Positions 1-7,893 are shown, counted from the first letter of the stretch. The stretch is DNA of 64,000 bases from Alphaproteobacteria bacterium (GCA_019635875.1 JAHBYP010000008.1:108455-172454); one strand, 5' to 3'. Program-made: numbers and translations. The notes: generated by a model not told the origin, from the letters alone.

Positions 1-198
1 CATGTCGAGGTGCTGGGTCATCGACAGCAGGCTGGCGTCGGGCACGCCATAGGCCGCCGACAGCTCGAAGCCGCTGGCCCAGATCGCGTGGAAGCCGGCG
101 CGCTCGGCCAGCCTCGCCGACAGCGGGTTGTGCGCGGCCATCGCGTGCGCCAGTCCCTCGCGCGCGATGGCCTGCTTCAGGGTCTGAGAGGCGGTCAT
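1..198 (-). CDS. Isocitrate lyase/PEP mutase family protein (PEP mutase or phosphonopyruvate hydrolase-like). Only the N-terminal 66 aa are present; the gene runs off the left edge.
   Basis: Reverse translation from the ATG at 198 gives MTASQTLKQAIAREGLAHAMAAHNPLSARLAERAGFHAIWASGFELSAAYGVPDASLLSMTQHLDM. The AHNxLSA..AGF.AIW.SGFELSA..G.PD pattern is the conserved N-terminus of the ICL/PEPM superfamily. This ORF is not in the ORF track because it is truncated by the window edge. Confidence 0.6.
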   Translation of the reverse strand, partial: MTASQTLKQAIAREGLAHAMAAHNPLSARLAERAGFHAIWASGFELSAAYGVPDASLLSMTQHLDM

Positions 199-206
199 GC
201 GTTCAC

Positions 207-363
207 CGTCATTGCGAGCGTCAGCGCGGAATCTCCCGCCAGCGAGGGCCCCGCTTCAAGGAGATTCCGCGCTCCGCCCGGAACGACGGACCAATACCTG
301 TCATTCCGAGCGTAGCAAGGGATCCAGGGTTGCGCCTGGATTCCTCGCTACGCTCGGAATGAC
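207..363. repeat. Two tandem REP-like palindromic hairpin elements (family B, GTCAT(T/C)CCGAGCG..GGGATC core)
   Basis: Element 1 pairs 208-236 (cgtcattgcgagcgtcagcgcggaatctcc) with 260-289 (ggagattccgcgctccgcccggaacgacgg). Element 2 pairs 300-316 (gtcattccgagcgtagc) with 347-363 (gctacgctcggaatgac). A related copy lies at 7728-7794. Confidence 0.7.
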
Positions 364-386
364 GGTCAGAGCGGGACGGTGAGGGC

Positions 387-1517
387 TCAGCCCACCAGCT
401 TCTGGCCGATCACCCGGCGCTTGCGGTTGATCTCGCGCAGGTACTCGATGCCCTCGGCGGCGACGGCGTCGCCGATCATCGAGTCGCCCTCGCCGGCCAG
501 CTCGTCCATGTCGAGCCACGGGCTGTACACGTGCCGGGTGCGCTCGGTGATGATGCCGGCCTTCAGGAGAGTCTTCACCAGCACGCGGAAGATGTTGGTG
601 CTTTCCTTCATCGAGTTCTTGCGGCTGTTGCTGCCGAAGCGCTCGCGGATCGCCTCGCGCACCCATTGCGGATCGAGCCCGAACTCCTCGTAGATATACG
701 GGCGCTGGCTGATGCTGGTGAGGTTGAACAGCAGCGACTCGAAGACGTGCGCCGCCCAGTCCTCGACCTTGTCGTGCTCCTTCGGCGTCAGGTTGGGCAG
801 CGTGCGGTCGGCCCAGATCTTGCCGAACTTGTGGTGGAAGGCCTCGTCGGTCATCACCAGTTGCACCAGCCGCTTCAGAAGCGGATCGCGCGTATAGGCG
901 TGCGTGTCGGCGAAGGCGCCCATGGCGAGGCCCTCGAGCATGATCTGCATGCCGACCAGCTTCTTGTAGACGATCGGGCTGAGCACGATCTCGTTGAGGA
1001 ACTTCGCCAGCTCCGGGCTGCAGGGATAGGGCGTGCCCCAGCGCGCCTTGATGTAGCGGCCGAAGCCGGCGACGTGGCGGGCTTCCTCGCGCGCCTGGTT
1101 GGCGGCGTATTCCTGCGCGCCGGGATCCAGCAGGATGTCGCACAGCGACGCCGACAGCGACAGCGCGCCCTGTTCGCCGTGCAGGATGCCGGACATGCGG
1201 AAGCGCGTGATGTTGTTGGCCAGGCGGATCTTCTGGCCCTCGTCCAGCCTGTCGCCCACCGCGCTCTGCAGCTCCGGCACGCGCTCGGGCGGCATGATAT
1301 ATTCCTTCGTCACGTCGAAGGGCGTGGCGTAGTCGAGATAGGCCGGGTTGAACGGATCCCAGAAATGATCGTGCGTCGCGCCGATGATGCCGTCGAAGGC
1401 ATCCGAGCGCGTATCGTAGCGATCGACCTCGATCATCGCCGGGAAATCGTCGGGGGCCACCACCCGGTAGGCCGGGTCGCGCGTGATGTGCTGGTCGTCT
1501 CGGAACGAGCCGCTCAT
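387..1517 (-). CDS. Ferritin-like diiron oxygenase family protein (AurF-like fold)
   Basis: Two E...ExxH diiron motifs are present (HGEQGA ... REEARHVAGF and MLEGLA ... TDEAFHHKFG), and the protein looks all-helical. The start is set at MSGSF (1517) because GGAGGAAG lies 2-3 nt upstream. The track start at 1529 is itself part of that RBS. Confidence 0.75.
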   Translation of the reverse strand: MSGSFRDDQHITRDPAYRVVAPDDFPAMIEVDRYDTRSDAFDGIIGATHDHFWDPFNPAYLDYATPFDVTKEYIMPPERVPELQSAVGDRLDEGQKIRLANNITRFRMSGILHGEQGALSLSASLCDILLDPGAQEYAANQAREEARHVAGFGRYIKARWGTPYPCSPELAKFLNEIVLSPIVYKKLVGMQIMLEGLAMGAFADTHAYTRDPLLKRLVQLVMTDEAFHHKFGKIWADRTLPNLTPKEHDKVEDWAAHVFESLLFNLTSISQRPYIYEEFGLDPQWVREAIRERFGSNSRKNSMKESTNIFRVLVKTLLKAGIITERTRHVYSPWLDMDELAGEGDSMIGDAVAAEGIEYLREINRKRRVIGQKLVG

Positions 1518-1574
1518 CGCTTCCTCCATGGGTACGCGCCGCTCTCCCGGCGGCTGATGCGGGCAGACTAGACT

Positions 1575-1595
1575 CGTTTGACGTTAACGTAAACG
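1575..1595. promoter_or_regulatory. AT-rich imperfect palindrome, candidate operator in a divergent promoter region
   Basis: The sequence is CGTTTgACGTTAACGTAAACG. The core ACGTTAACGT is a perfect 10-bp palindrome flanked by complementary CGTTT/AAACG arms. An AACGTAAACGTAAA direct repeat overlaps it. It is a conspicuous AT island 58 nt upstream of the diiron gene start. Confidence 0.3.
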
Positions 1596-1736
1596 TAAAT
1601 CTCACGCCGAAACCAGGACGCCGACAACAGCGCCCCCGCGCACATCCCGCACCGGCTGCAGGCACGCCCTCTTTTTGGTCACGCGACTTCGGAGGTTCCG
1701 GCGCTCAAGTATTCTGCGTTGGCAACGGAGATCCCC

Positions 1737-2009
1737 ATGACCAGGCCTCGCGATCAGGTTGAAGCCCGCCGTCGCTTCCTCGCCAGCTGCGGCAGGTTTG
1801 CATTGATCACCCCGCCGGCGATGACCGTCCTGCTCTCGAGCACCGCCCAGAACTACGCGGCCGCGCAATCCGGCGGTGCCGGCGGCTCGCTGCCCAGGCA
1901 GCAGGGCAACAACGGCTGGGGCAACGGCGGATCCGACGGCGTCCCGGGCAAGTCCGGCAGCAATCCCGGCCCGCAGCAGCCCAGCATGAAGTCCGACACG
2001 CAGCGCTGA
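1737..2009 (+). CDS. Small Tat-signal protein with a Gly/Asn/Ser/Pro-rich mature region (hypothetical)
   Basis: The ORF reads MTRPRDQVEARRRFLASCGRFALITPPAMTVLLSSTAQNYAAAQ / SGGAGGSLPRQQGNNGWGNGGSDGVPGKSGSNPGPQQPSMKSDTQR. It has a twin-arginine motif (RRRFL), a hydrophobic stretch and an AxA-like site. GGAG lies 6 nt upstream of the ATG at 1737. The track start at 1719 is TTG. Confidence 0.5.
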   Translation: MTRPRDQVEARRRFLASCGRFALITPPAMTVLLSSTAQNYAAAQSGGAGGSLPRQQGNNGWGNGGSDGVPGKSGSNPGPQQPSMKSDTQR

Positions 2010-3155
2010 TCAGGCAAGCCGGCGCAGGCGCGCGAGCCCGGCTCCCGCGCCTTTCTTGCCGAGGAAGCGCGCCAGGTGACGGCAGCGCCAGCCGAAGGCG
2101 CTGCCGCTTGATCCATGAAGCGCGCGCATGCGATGCCAGGCGAGCGGACCGCTCAGATTGCCCCATGTCACGCCGATCCAGTCGAGCACGGGCGATGCCG
2201 CCTGCAGCTCGCAACGCAGGCCATGCAGCCGGCTTCGCAGACCGGGTCTTCGCGACAGCGGCCACGACGGTCCGAACAGCCTGGTGGCGGCCAGCACATA
2301 GGCACGCAGCGCAGCGCCCAGCCGATGCGCCTCGAGCCGCGCCTCGATGAACTTCCAGTCGATCGAACCGCCAAAGCTCCGCGCCAGCATCGAGAATTCG
2401 TGGAGCTGGGAAACCGGCATCTCCCCGCGATAGTAGTGGCCAAGATGATGAATCTGCGCGTGGAGAAAATTATGCACCACGCGATCCGTCGGCGATGGAA
2501 CGAAGAAGCGCACGCCGTCCGCTTCGTGCGGCGTTGCCCGCTCGCGCACCTCGGCGGCCCGCAGCAGGTGTCGCGGATCGACCAGCTCGAGGTGCAGGTC
2601 GACCGCGGCGGGACTGCCTGACCGGGCGAAATCGCCGAAAGCGTGATGCTCCTCGCCGTAGCCGCGCGCCAGGATGTAGCCCTTGCGGTTCAGCACGGCG
2701 ATCGCAGTGTCGCGGGCGGCGGCCGGCACCAGCAGGTCGATGTCGCGCATCATGCGCGCGCCGATGTCGGGATAGGGTCCGGCGAACAGGGTCAGCGCCC
2801 CCTTGAGAAGCATGGGCTCGATCGCAGCTTCGTTCAGGGCTCCGACCAGCTCGACGATCTGCGCTCGAATCACGTGGTTGCGCTCCCCGTTCAGGCGATG
2901 CAGCACCTGCAGGTAGTCCACGACCTCCGGGGGCATGTTCGAGCGCAGCGGCGAGGCATCGAGTGCCGTCCACAGCGCCGGCGTCAGCAGATGTTGATTG
3001 GCGAGCCCGAGCAACGGCGTCCAGTCGGCGGGAAGCGCCTGGCCGCGAAGCGCCGAAGCCAGGGCGCGCACCGTGCCGGCCTGCGCCCTTACCGGCACAG
3101 CTGACGCACCTCGGCGACCGCGGCGTCGAGCGAAGACAGCGGCAGCTCGTAGCAC
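2010..3155 (-). CDS. Uncharacterised nucleotidyltransferase (NTP_transf_5-like)
   Basis: It carries the MMRDIDLLVPAAARD nucleotidyltransferase signature and is about 350-380 aa long. The track start overlaps the upstream gene by 67 nt. An in-frame GTG at 3071 would instead leave a 17-nt gap. Confidence 0.75.
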   Translation of the reverse strand: MLRAAAVFARRRGRRGASAVPVRAQAGTVRALASALRGQALPADWTPLLGLANQHLLTPALWTALDASPLRSNMPPEVVDYLQVLHRLNGERNHVIRAQIVELVGALNEAAIEPMLLKGALTLFAGPYPDIGARMMRDIDLLVPAAARDTAIAVLNRKGYILARGYGEEHHAFGDFARSGSPAAVDLHLELVDPRHLLRAAEVRERATPHEADGVRFFVPSPTDRVVHNFLHAQIHHLGHYYRGEMPVSQLHEFSMLARSFGGSIDWKFIEARLEAHRLGAALRAYVLAATRLFGPSWPLSRRPGLRSRLHGLRCELQAASPVLDWIGVTWGNLSGPLAWHRMRALHGSSGSAFGWRCRHLARFLGKKGAGAGLARLRRLA

Positions 3156-4423
3156 TCGACCCGACCGATCCAGGCAATCAGCGCATCGAGATTGGCGGCA
3201 TCGAGCGTGCCGGAGAGGCAGTAGACTTCCGGCAGCAGACGCTCGAGCGCCCGGGCGCGGGACAGCGGAACGAGTCGCGTCTCATGGGCGGGATGGTAGT
3301 GGGGAAAGACGAGCCATCGAACCGGGACGATGGGCTCGTCGGCGGCCCACGGCACATCGCGGCCGGGCCTCAGATACTTGGCGACCACGCCATCGGGGCG
3401 CGACCATTCCGGCAGCGCCGCAAGCATCGGAAAGCGTGACGCCAGCACGGCATAGGAACCGCGCTTGACGCAAAGCCCGGTCGGCAGGGCCGCCACCCCC
3501 GGCGGATCGCCCGTCAGCAGCGTCGTGTCGTCGCTCATCATGTCGAAGCCGCTGGCCGCGAGGCCTGCGGACAGCGTGCTCTTGCCGCTCCCGGCATGTC
3601 CCGGCAGCAGCAGGGCGCCGCCGGCGACGGCGAGTGCGCCGGCGTGGACGACGCACAGGCCGCCGCAGTGCTCGACCGCAAGCTGGGTCAGCACGGCTCG
3701 CAAGGCGACCGCCGCCTGGGCCGCGCTCGGCGCGCCGCCGATCACGTGGCCAGCCACGACGATTTTCACGCCCTGCGCGCGTTCGACCATCGCGATGTCG
3801 ATGGCGGGTCCGGGTGCCGTGGCCCAGTTCGACAGCAGGGGTTGCACACTTTCCCTCAGGGCGGCCGAAGCGAAGGCAACGCGAAATCTCACGTCGCGTA
3901 ACGAATAGTGCTCTCGAACGGCTGAAGAGAGCGCAGGCGCAGCTTCTACCCGAACGGAAGAAATCGCCGCTGCCGTCGCAGGCCGGCGGGTTCGCCATTG
4001 CCGGAACACCTCGCCGACAAGGCGCGTGGCCTCCTCGCTTGAAAGGCCGTGCTCGGCACGGAGCCGATGCTTGACGGAGCCCAGGGAACTTTCCTCTTCC
4101 AGCAAGCTCCAGACCAGGGCGGCACCGGCATTGAGGCGGTACAGGCGCCGGGCGTCCGGGTCGAGCAGCAGGCCTTCACCCTCGACAAAATGCAGGCTGG
4201 GTCGAGCACCAGCGAAGGCTGGCCGGTCTCGTTCGTCAGCCGCGGCTTCGAAGCCCGTCGTGCAAGCCATGCCCAAGGCTGTCGCGAAAACGGGCGGCGG
4301 CACCAGCGACAAAAATGAGGCAATTGCGCTTCGCCAGCCAGCCGCTACAGTCGCGCGGACGGGCGCGTGACGCCTCAACAAGGCGCCGGGGGAGAAGCCA
4401 GGAGTGGCGACAGTCGCGATCAA
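3089..4423 (-). CDS. PqqD/RRE-like domain fused to an HprK-related P-loop kinase
   Basis: The N-terminal part has a PqqD-family pattern: SLHFVEGEGLLLDPDARRLYRLNAGAALVWSLLEE..LSSEEATRLVGEVFRQW. The C-terminal part has an HprK-type core: VHAGALAVAGGALLLPGHAGSGKSTLSAGLAASGFDMMSDDTTLL. An alternative ATG at 4270 would remove the 20-nt head-to-head overlap with the divergent gene. Confidence 0.8.
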   Translation of the reverse strand: MIATVATPGFSPGALLRRHAPVRATVAAGWRSAIASFLSLVPPPVFATALGMACTTGFEAAADERDRPAFAGARPSLHFVEGEGLLLDPDARRLYRLNAGAALVWSLLEEESSLGSVKHRLRAEHGLSSEEATRLVGEVFRQWRTRRPATAAAISSVRVEAAPALSSAVREHYSLRDVRFRVAFASAALRESVQPLLSNWATAPGPAIDIAMVERAQGVKIVVAGHVIGGAPSAAQAAVALRAVLTQLAVEHCGGLCVVHAGALAVAGGALLLPGHAGSGKSTLSAGLAASGFDMMSDDTTLLTGDPPGVAALPTGLCVKRGSYAVLASRFPMLAALPEWSRPDGVVAKYLRPGRDVPWAADEPIVPVRWLVFPHYHPAHETRLVPLSRARALERLLPEVYCLSGTLDAANLDALIAWIGRVECYELPLSSLDAAVAEVRQLCR

Positions 4424-6854
4424 GGACGTCCCGGCTGCGCGTCTCTTTCCCCTGTTTCTCGTCTGCCTGGCCTCGATCGCCTACGAGATCTCGCTCACCC
4501 GCTTCTTCGCCATCGCCAGCTGGTCGGAGTACGGCTACTGGGTGATCTCCATGACCATGGCCGGGCTGGCGGCCAGCGGCGTGGTCGCCTCGCTGTTCTC
4601 GCGCCTGCTGGTGCGCTCGCTGCCGATCCTGCTGCCGGCGCTGCCGATCCTGATGCTGCTGGCGGCGTCGCTGGGCTGGGTCTGGGTCACCATCGTGCCG
4701 TTCAACCCGCTGGAGCTGCAGAACAAGCAGCTATGGTACGACCAGCTCTTGAACATCGCGCAGTACTACGCCGCGATCTTCCCGTTCTTCTTCATGGTCG
4801 GGCTCTACGTCTCGGCCTATTTCGTGCTCTATAACTACCGCATCGGCCGGGTCTACGCCTTCGACCTGGCCGGCGCCGGGCTGGGCGCGGCGCTCCTGCT
4901 GGCGCTGATGTTCGTGGTGCATCCGTTCTGGCTGGTGCCCTGCCTGCTGCCGGTTCTGGCGCTCGCCGCCTGGCTCGAGATCTCGCCGCTCTGGCCGCGA
5001 GGAAGAGTACGACTCGCCGCGCTCGCCGCGTTGGCGGTTTCGCTGGCCGCGACCGCGCTGCTGGGCCAGCCGCGCATCAACGAATACAAGGAAGTCTTCG
5101 CGCCCATGAACACCCAGGGCGCGCGCGTGCTGGCCACGGTGACCTCGCCCAAGGGCCTGTACCAGCTGCTCGACAATTTCACCGAGCGTCTCGACACCGA
5201 CATCTCCAACAACCCCGACGTCATGGCCGGCGCCACCATGCCGCGCGCCTATGGCCTGTACTCCGACGGCAACCGCCTGGCCGCGCTGCCGCGCACCAGC
5301 GAGGTCGACACGCGCTACTTCGTCGCCGCGCTCGACTCCCTGCCCTACCGCCTGCGCCCGCCCGAAAAGACGCTGCTGCTGGGCGCCGCCGGCGGCTTTC
5401 GCATCCACGAGGCGCTGCGCGCCGGCGCCCGGCGCATCGTGACATTGGAGCCCGACGCGGCGTTGCGCGGCGCGCTCGAACGCGGCATCGGTCCGGCACC
5501 GCCGTTTCCGGTCGACGAGCGGGTGATCATCCGCGACACCAGCCCGCTGGCGACGCGAGTGGTGGCGCGCGACGGCCCGTTCGACGTCATCGACGTCACG
5601 CGCGAGTTCCTCGCGCAGTCCGACACCAACCGCGCCGCGCTGTCGGTCGAGGTGCTCGGCGACTATGTCGGCATGCTCGGACCCGGCGGCACGGTGTCGA
5701 TCCCGGTGTCGATCCGGGAGTTCACGGTCTATGCCGTGAAGATGTTCGCCACCGCGCGCGGGGCCCTGCGTCGCGCCGGCATCGCCGAGCCCGACCGGCA
5801 CATCGTCATCTATCGCTCGGCGTGGAACGTGCGCATCCTGCTCAGCGCCACGCCATGGACGGCGGATGCGATCGCGGCGGTCGAGATATTCTGCGACGAG
5901 CGCTCCTTCGACGTCGTCTTTCCGCCGGCGCGCGAGGGCGTGAAGCGCACCATCTTCAACGAGCTGCCGGTCGTGTCGTTCGACGTCACCCGGGCGCAGC
6001 CCGCCGGTTCGGATCCGCTGAGCGAGGAGGCCGGCGCGGCGGTCGCCGGCCAGGCCTCGCCCTATCACGCCTTCTTCAAGCTGACGCCGCCCAGCCTCGA
6101 TCGGCCCTACTTCAACGCCGTCCTGCCGCTGACCGAGGTGTCGACCATCCTCGACCGCATCGAGCTCGTGCCACGCGAGGAGCTGGTCTACCTGATCAAT
6201 CTCGCGGTGCTGGCGCAGGCCCTGGTGATCGCCGCGCTGGTGCTGCTGATGCCGCTGCTGACGCGGCGCGGCGACGCGCTGCCGATCGGCCGCTTCGCCA
6301 AGTCGGCGGTCTATTTCGCCGGGCTGGGCCTGGGTTTCCTGACCCTCGAGATCTACCTGATCGAGAAGGCCTCGCAGTACCTGCACGACCGCGTCTTCGC
6401 CTTCGGCCTGGTGCTGGCCATGATGCTGGTCTGCTCCGGCGCGGGCAGCCTGCTGGCCGAGCGCGTGCGCGCCAGGCCGCGCACCTGGCTGGGCATCGCC
6501 GTCATGACCGTGCTGGTGTGGTGCGAGGTCGCCTTCGTCTGGCTCGACCCGCTGCTGATCGCCACCGCCACCGAGCCGATGGCGGTCAGGATCGCCATCC
6601 TGGTGGCGATCGCCCTGCCGGTTTCGGTCGCGCTGGGCATGCCGATGGCGCTGGGGCTGAGCCAGTTCTACGGCAACCGCCTGGCCTTCCTGCCGTGGGC
6701 CTGGGCGGTCAACGGCGCCTGCTCGATCATCTCGACGCCGCTGGCCAATCTCCTGGCGATCTCGATCGGGCTCAAGGCGCTGCTGCTGCTCGGCGCCTTC
6801 CTCTATTCGGTTGTCGTCTTCACCCTCCCGGCCGACCGCATCCCGGCCAGGTAG
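4404..6854 (+). CDS. Polytopic membrane protein with a central spermidine-synthase-like (SAM-fold) domain
   Basis: Multi-TM bundles at both the N- and C-terminus share a similar motif (YEISLTRFFAIASW... and FLTLEIYLIEKASQY...). The central soluble part has LLLGAAGGFRIHEALRAGARRIVTLEPD and FDVIDVT, typical of spermidine synthase/methyltransferase folds. The start is GTG. Confidence 0.8.
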   Translation: MATVAIKDVPAARLFPLFLVCLASIAYEISLTRFFAIASWSEYGYWVISMTMAGLAASGVVASLFSRLLVRSLPILLPALPILMLLAASLGWVWVTIVPFNPLELQNKQLWYDQLLNIAQYYAAIFPFFFMVGLYVSAYFVLYNYRIGRVYAFDLAGAGLGAALLLALMFVVHPFWLVPCLLPVLALAAWLEISPLWPRGRVRLAALAALAVSLAATALLGQPRINEYKEVFAPMNTQGARVLATVTSPKGLYQLLDNFTERLDTDISNNPDVMAGATMPRAYGLYSDGNRLAALPRTSEVDTRYFVAALDSLPYRLRPPEKTLLLGAAGGFRIHEALRAGARRIVTLEPDAALRGALERGIGPAPPFPVDERVIIRDTSPLATRVVARDGPFDVIDVTREFLAQSDTNRAALSVEVLGDYVGMLGPGGTVSIPVSIREFTVYAVKMFATARGALRRAGIAEPDRHIVIYRSAWNVRILLSATPWTADAIAAVEIFCDERSFDVVFPPAREGVKRTIFNELPVVSFDVTRAQPAGSDPLSEEAGAAVAGQASPYHAFFKLTPPSLDRPYFNAVLPLTEVSTILDRIELVPREELVYLINLAVLAQALVIAALVLLMPLLTRRGDALPIGRFAKSAVYFAGLGLGFLTLEIYLIEKASQYLHDRVFAFGLVLAMMLVCSGAGSLLAERVRARPRTWLGIAVMTVLVWCEVAFVWLDPLLIATATEPMAVRIAILVAIALPVSVALGMPMALGLSQFYGNRLAFLPWAWAVNGACSIISTPLANLLAISIGLKALLLLGAFLYSVVVFTLPADRIPAR

Positions 6855-6869
6855 CCCGGAGCCTCCCCG

Positions 6870-7721
6870 ATGGTCCCGCTGACCCGCCGCACGCTGATCG
6901 CCCAGGGCGCCGCCGCGGCCCTGGCCGCGCCGGCCCTGGCGCAGCCCTTCGGCGGCGGCTGGCACTACGATCGCTATGTCGCGGCGATGCGCGCCAGCGA
7001 GCGGCGCATCGGCATGAACAAGCCGACCTTCGACGGCGTCATGCGGCGGCGCGACCAGGCGTTGCGCATCGTCGAGAGCTACCTGCGCGGCAAGTTCGGC
7101 GCGGCCGATCCGCACTCCTTGCGCGCCTATGCCGAGGTGCCGCGCGAGTACTTCCACTACAACTACGCCGGCCCTTTCGATTTCGGCCACGCCGCCTACG
7201 AGGCCAACGCCCATCCCTGGGCGATCGGCTACGGCTCGGCGCTGTCGGACTATCTCGGCCAGATGTACATGACCCAGCTGTCGAGGCCGCTGCCGGGCGA
7301 GAGCGCGCTCGAGATCGGTACCGGCTCGGGCTACCAGATCTCCATCCTCTCGCGAATCTGCGCCAAGGCCCGCTCGATCGAGATCATCGAGCCGCTGGGC
7401 CGCGCGGTGTCGAAGATCTTCAAGCCGCTGGGCTTCGACAACGTCGCCACCAGGGTGGGCGACGGCTACTTCGGCTGGCCGGAGGAGAAGGACGGCTTCG
7501 ACATTATCATGGTGACCTGCGTGGCGCAGCACGTGCCGCCGCCGTTGCTCGCCCAGCTCAAGCCCGGCACCGGCCGGCTGATCATCCCGGTAGGCCAGCC
7601 CTTCCGCCGCCACCAGGTGCTCTACGTCTACACCAAGGACCGCGATGGCAAGATCCACAGCAGGCGCGACGTCGGCGTGTATTTCATTCCGATGACCGGC
7701 CGCATCTCGCAGGGGCGTTAG
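6870..7721 (+). CDS. Protein-L-isoaspartate O-methyltransferase (PIMT) family protein with Tat-type signal peptide, paralog 1
   Basis: The N-terminus is MVPLTRRTLIAQGAAAALAAPALAQP. The PIMT core shows EVPREYF, SALSDY..MYMTQL, SAM motif LEIGTGSGYQ, GDGYFGWPEEKDGFDIIMVT and GRLIIPVG. Confidence 0.85.
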   Translation: MVPLTRRTLIAQGAAAALAAPALAQPFGGGWHYDRYVAAMRASERRIGMNKPTFDGVMRRRDQALRIVESYLRGKFGAADPHSLRAYAEVPREYFHYNYAGPFDFGHAAYEANAHPWAIGYGSALSDYLGQMYMTQLSRPLPGESALEIGTGSGYQISILSRICAKARSIEIIEPLGRAVSKIFKPLGFDNVATRVGDGYFGWPEEKDGFDIIMVTCVAQHVPPPLLAQLKPGTGRLIIPVGQPFRRHQVLYVYTKDRDGKIHSRRDVGVYFIPMTGRISQGR

Positions 7722-7727
7722 CGCCTT

Positions 7728-7794
7728 CTGTCATCCCGAGCAGAGCGAGGGATCCAGGCAGCCCGTAGATCCCTCGCTGCGCTCGGGATGACAG
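7728..7794. repeat. REP-like palindromic hairpin (family B)
   Basis: ctgtcatcccgagcagagcgagggatc (7728-7754) pairs with gatccctcgctgcgctcgggatgacag (7768-7794). It sits between the two PIMT paralogs. A partial extra arm, cgggatgacgg, lies at 7801-7811. Confidence 0.7.
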
Positions 7795-7893
7795 AACGTG
7801 CGGGATGACGGCGCGATCGTGCCCTAGGAATCGCACGCGTGAAGCCTTACCCTGACGTCGAATTCTGACCTTCCGGAAGGGGAGACCGGACCG

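Noticed and set aside
10-382. Plus-strand ORFs 10-315 and 197-382.
   Set aside because: They are antisense to the PEPM-family N-terminus or are translated from REP hairpins. Neither has a coding signature.
4731-7658. A 975-aa ORF on the minus strand. Similar very long antisense ORFs occur at 7684-9870, 12508-14652, 14513-16384, 21277-23661, 25804-27210, 27186-28397, 28440-29726, 45023-46249, 55880-58063 and 61316-63535.
   Set aside because: They are Arg/Ala/Gly/His/Asp-rich low-information translations lying antisense to genes with clear family motifs. This is the typical stop-codon-poor artefact of high-GC DNA.
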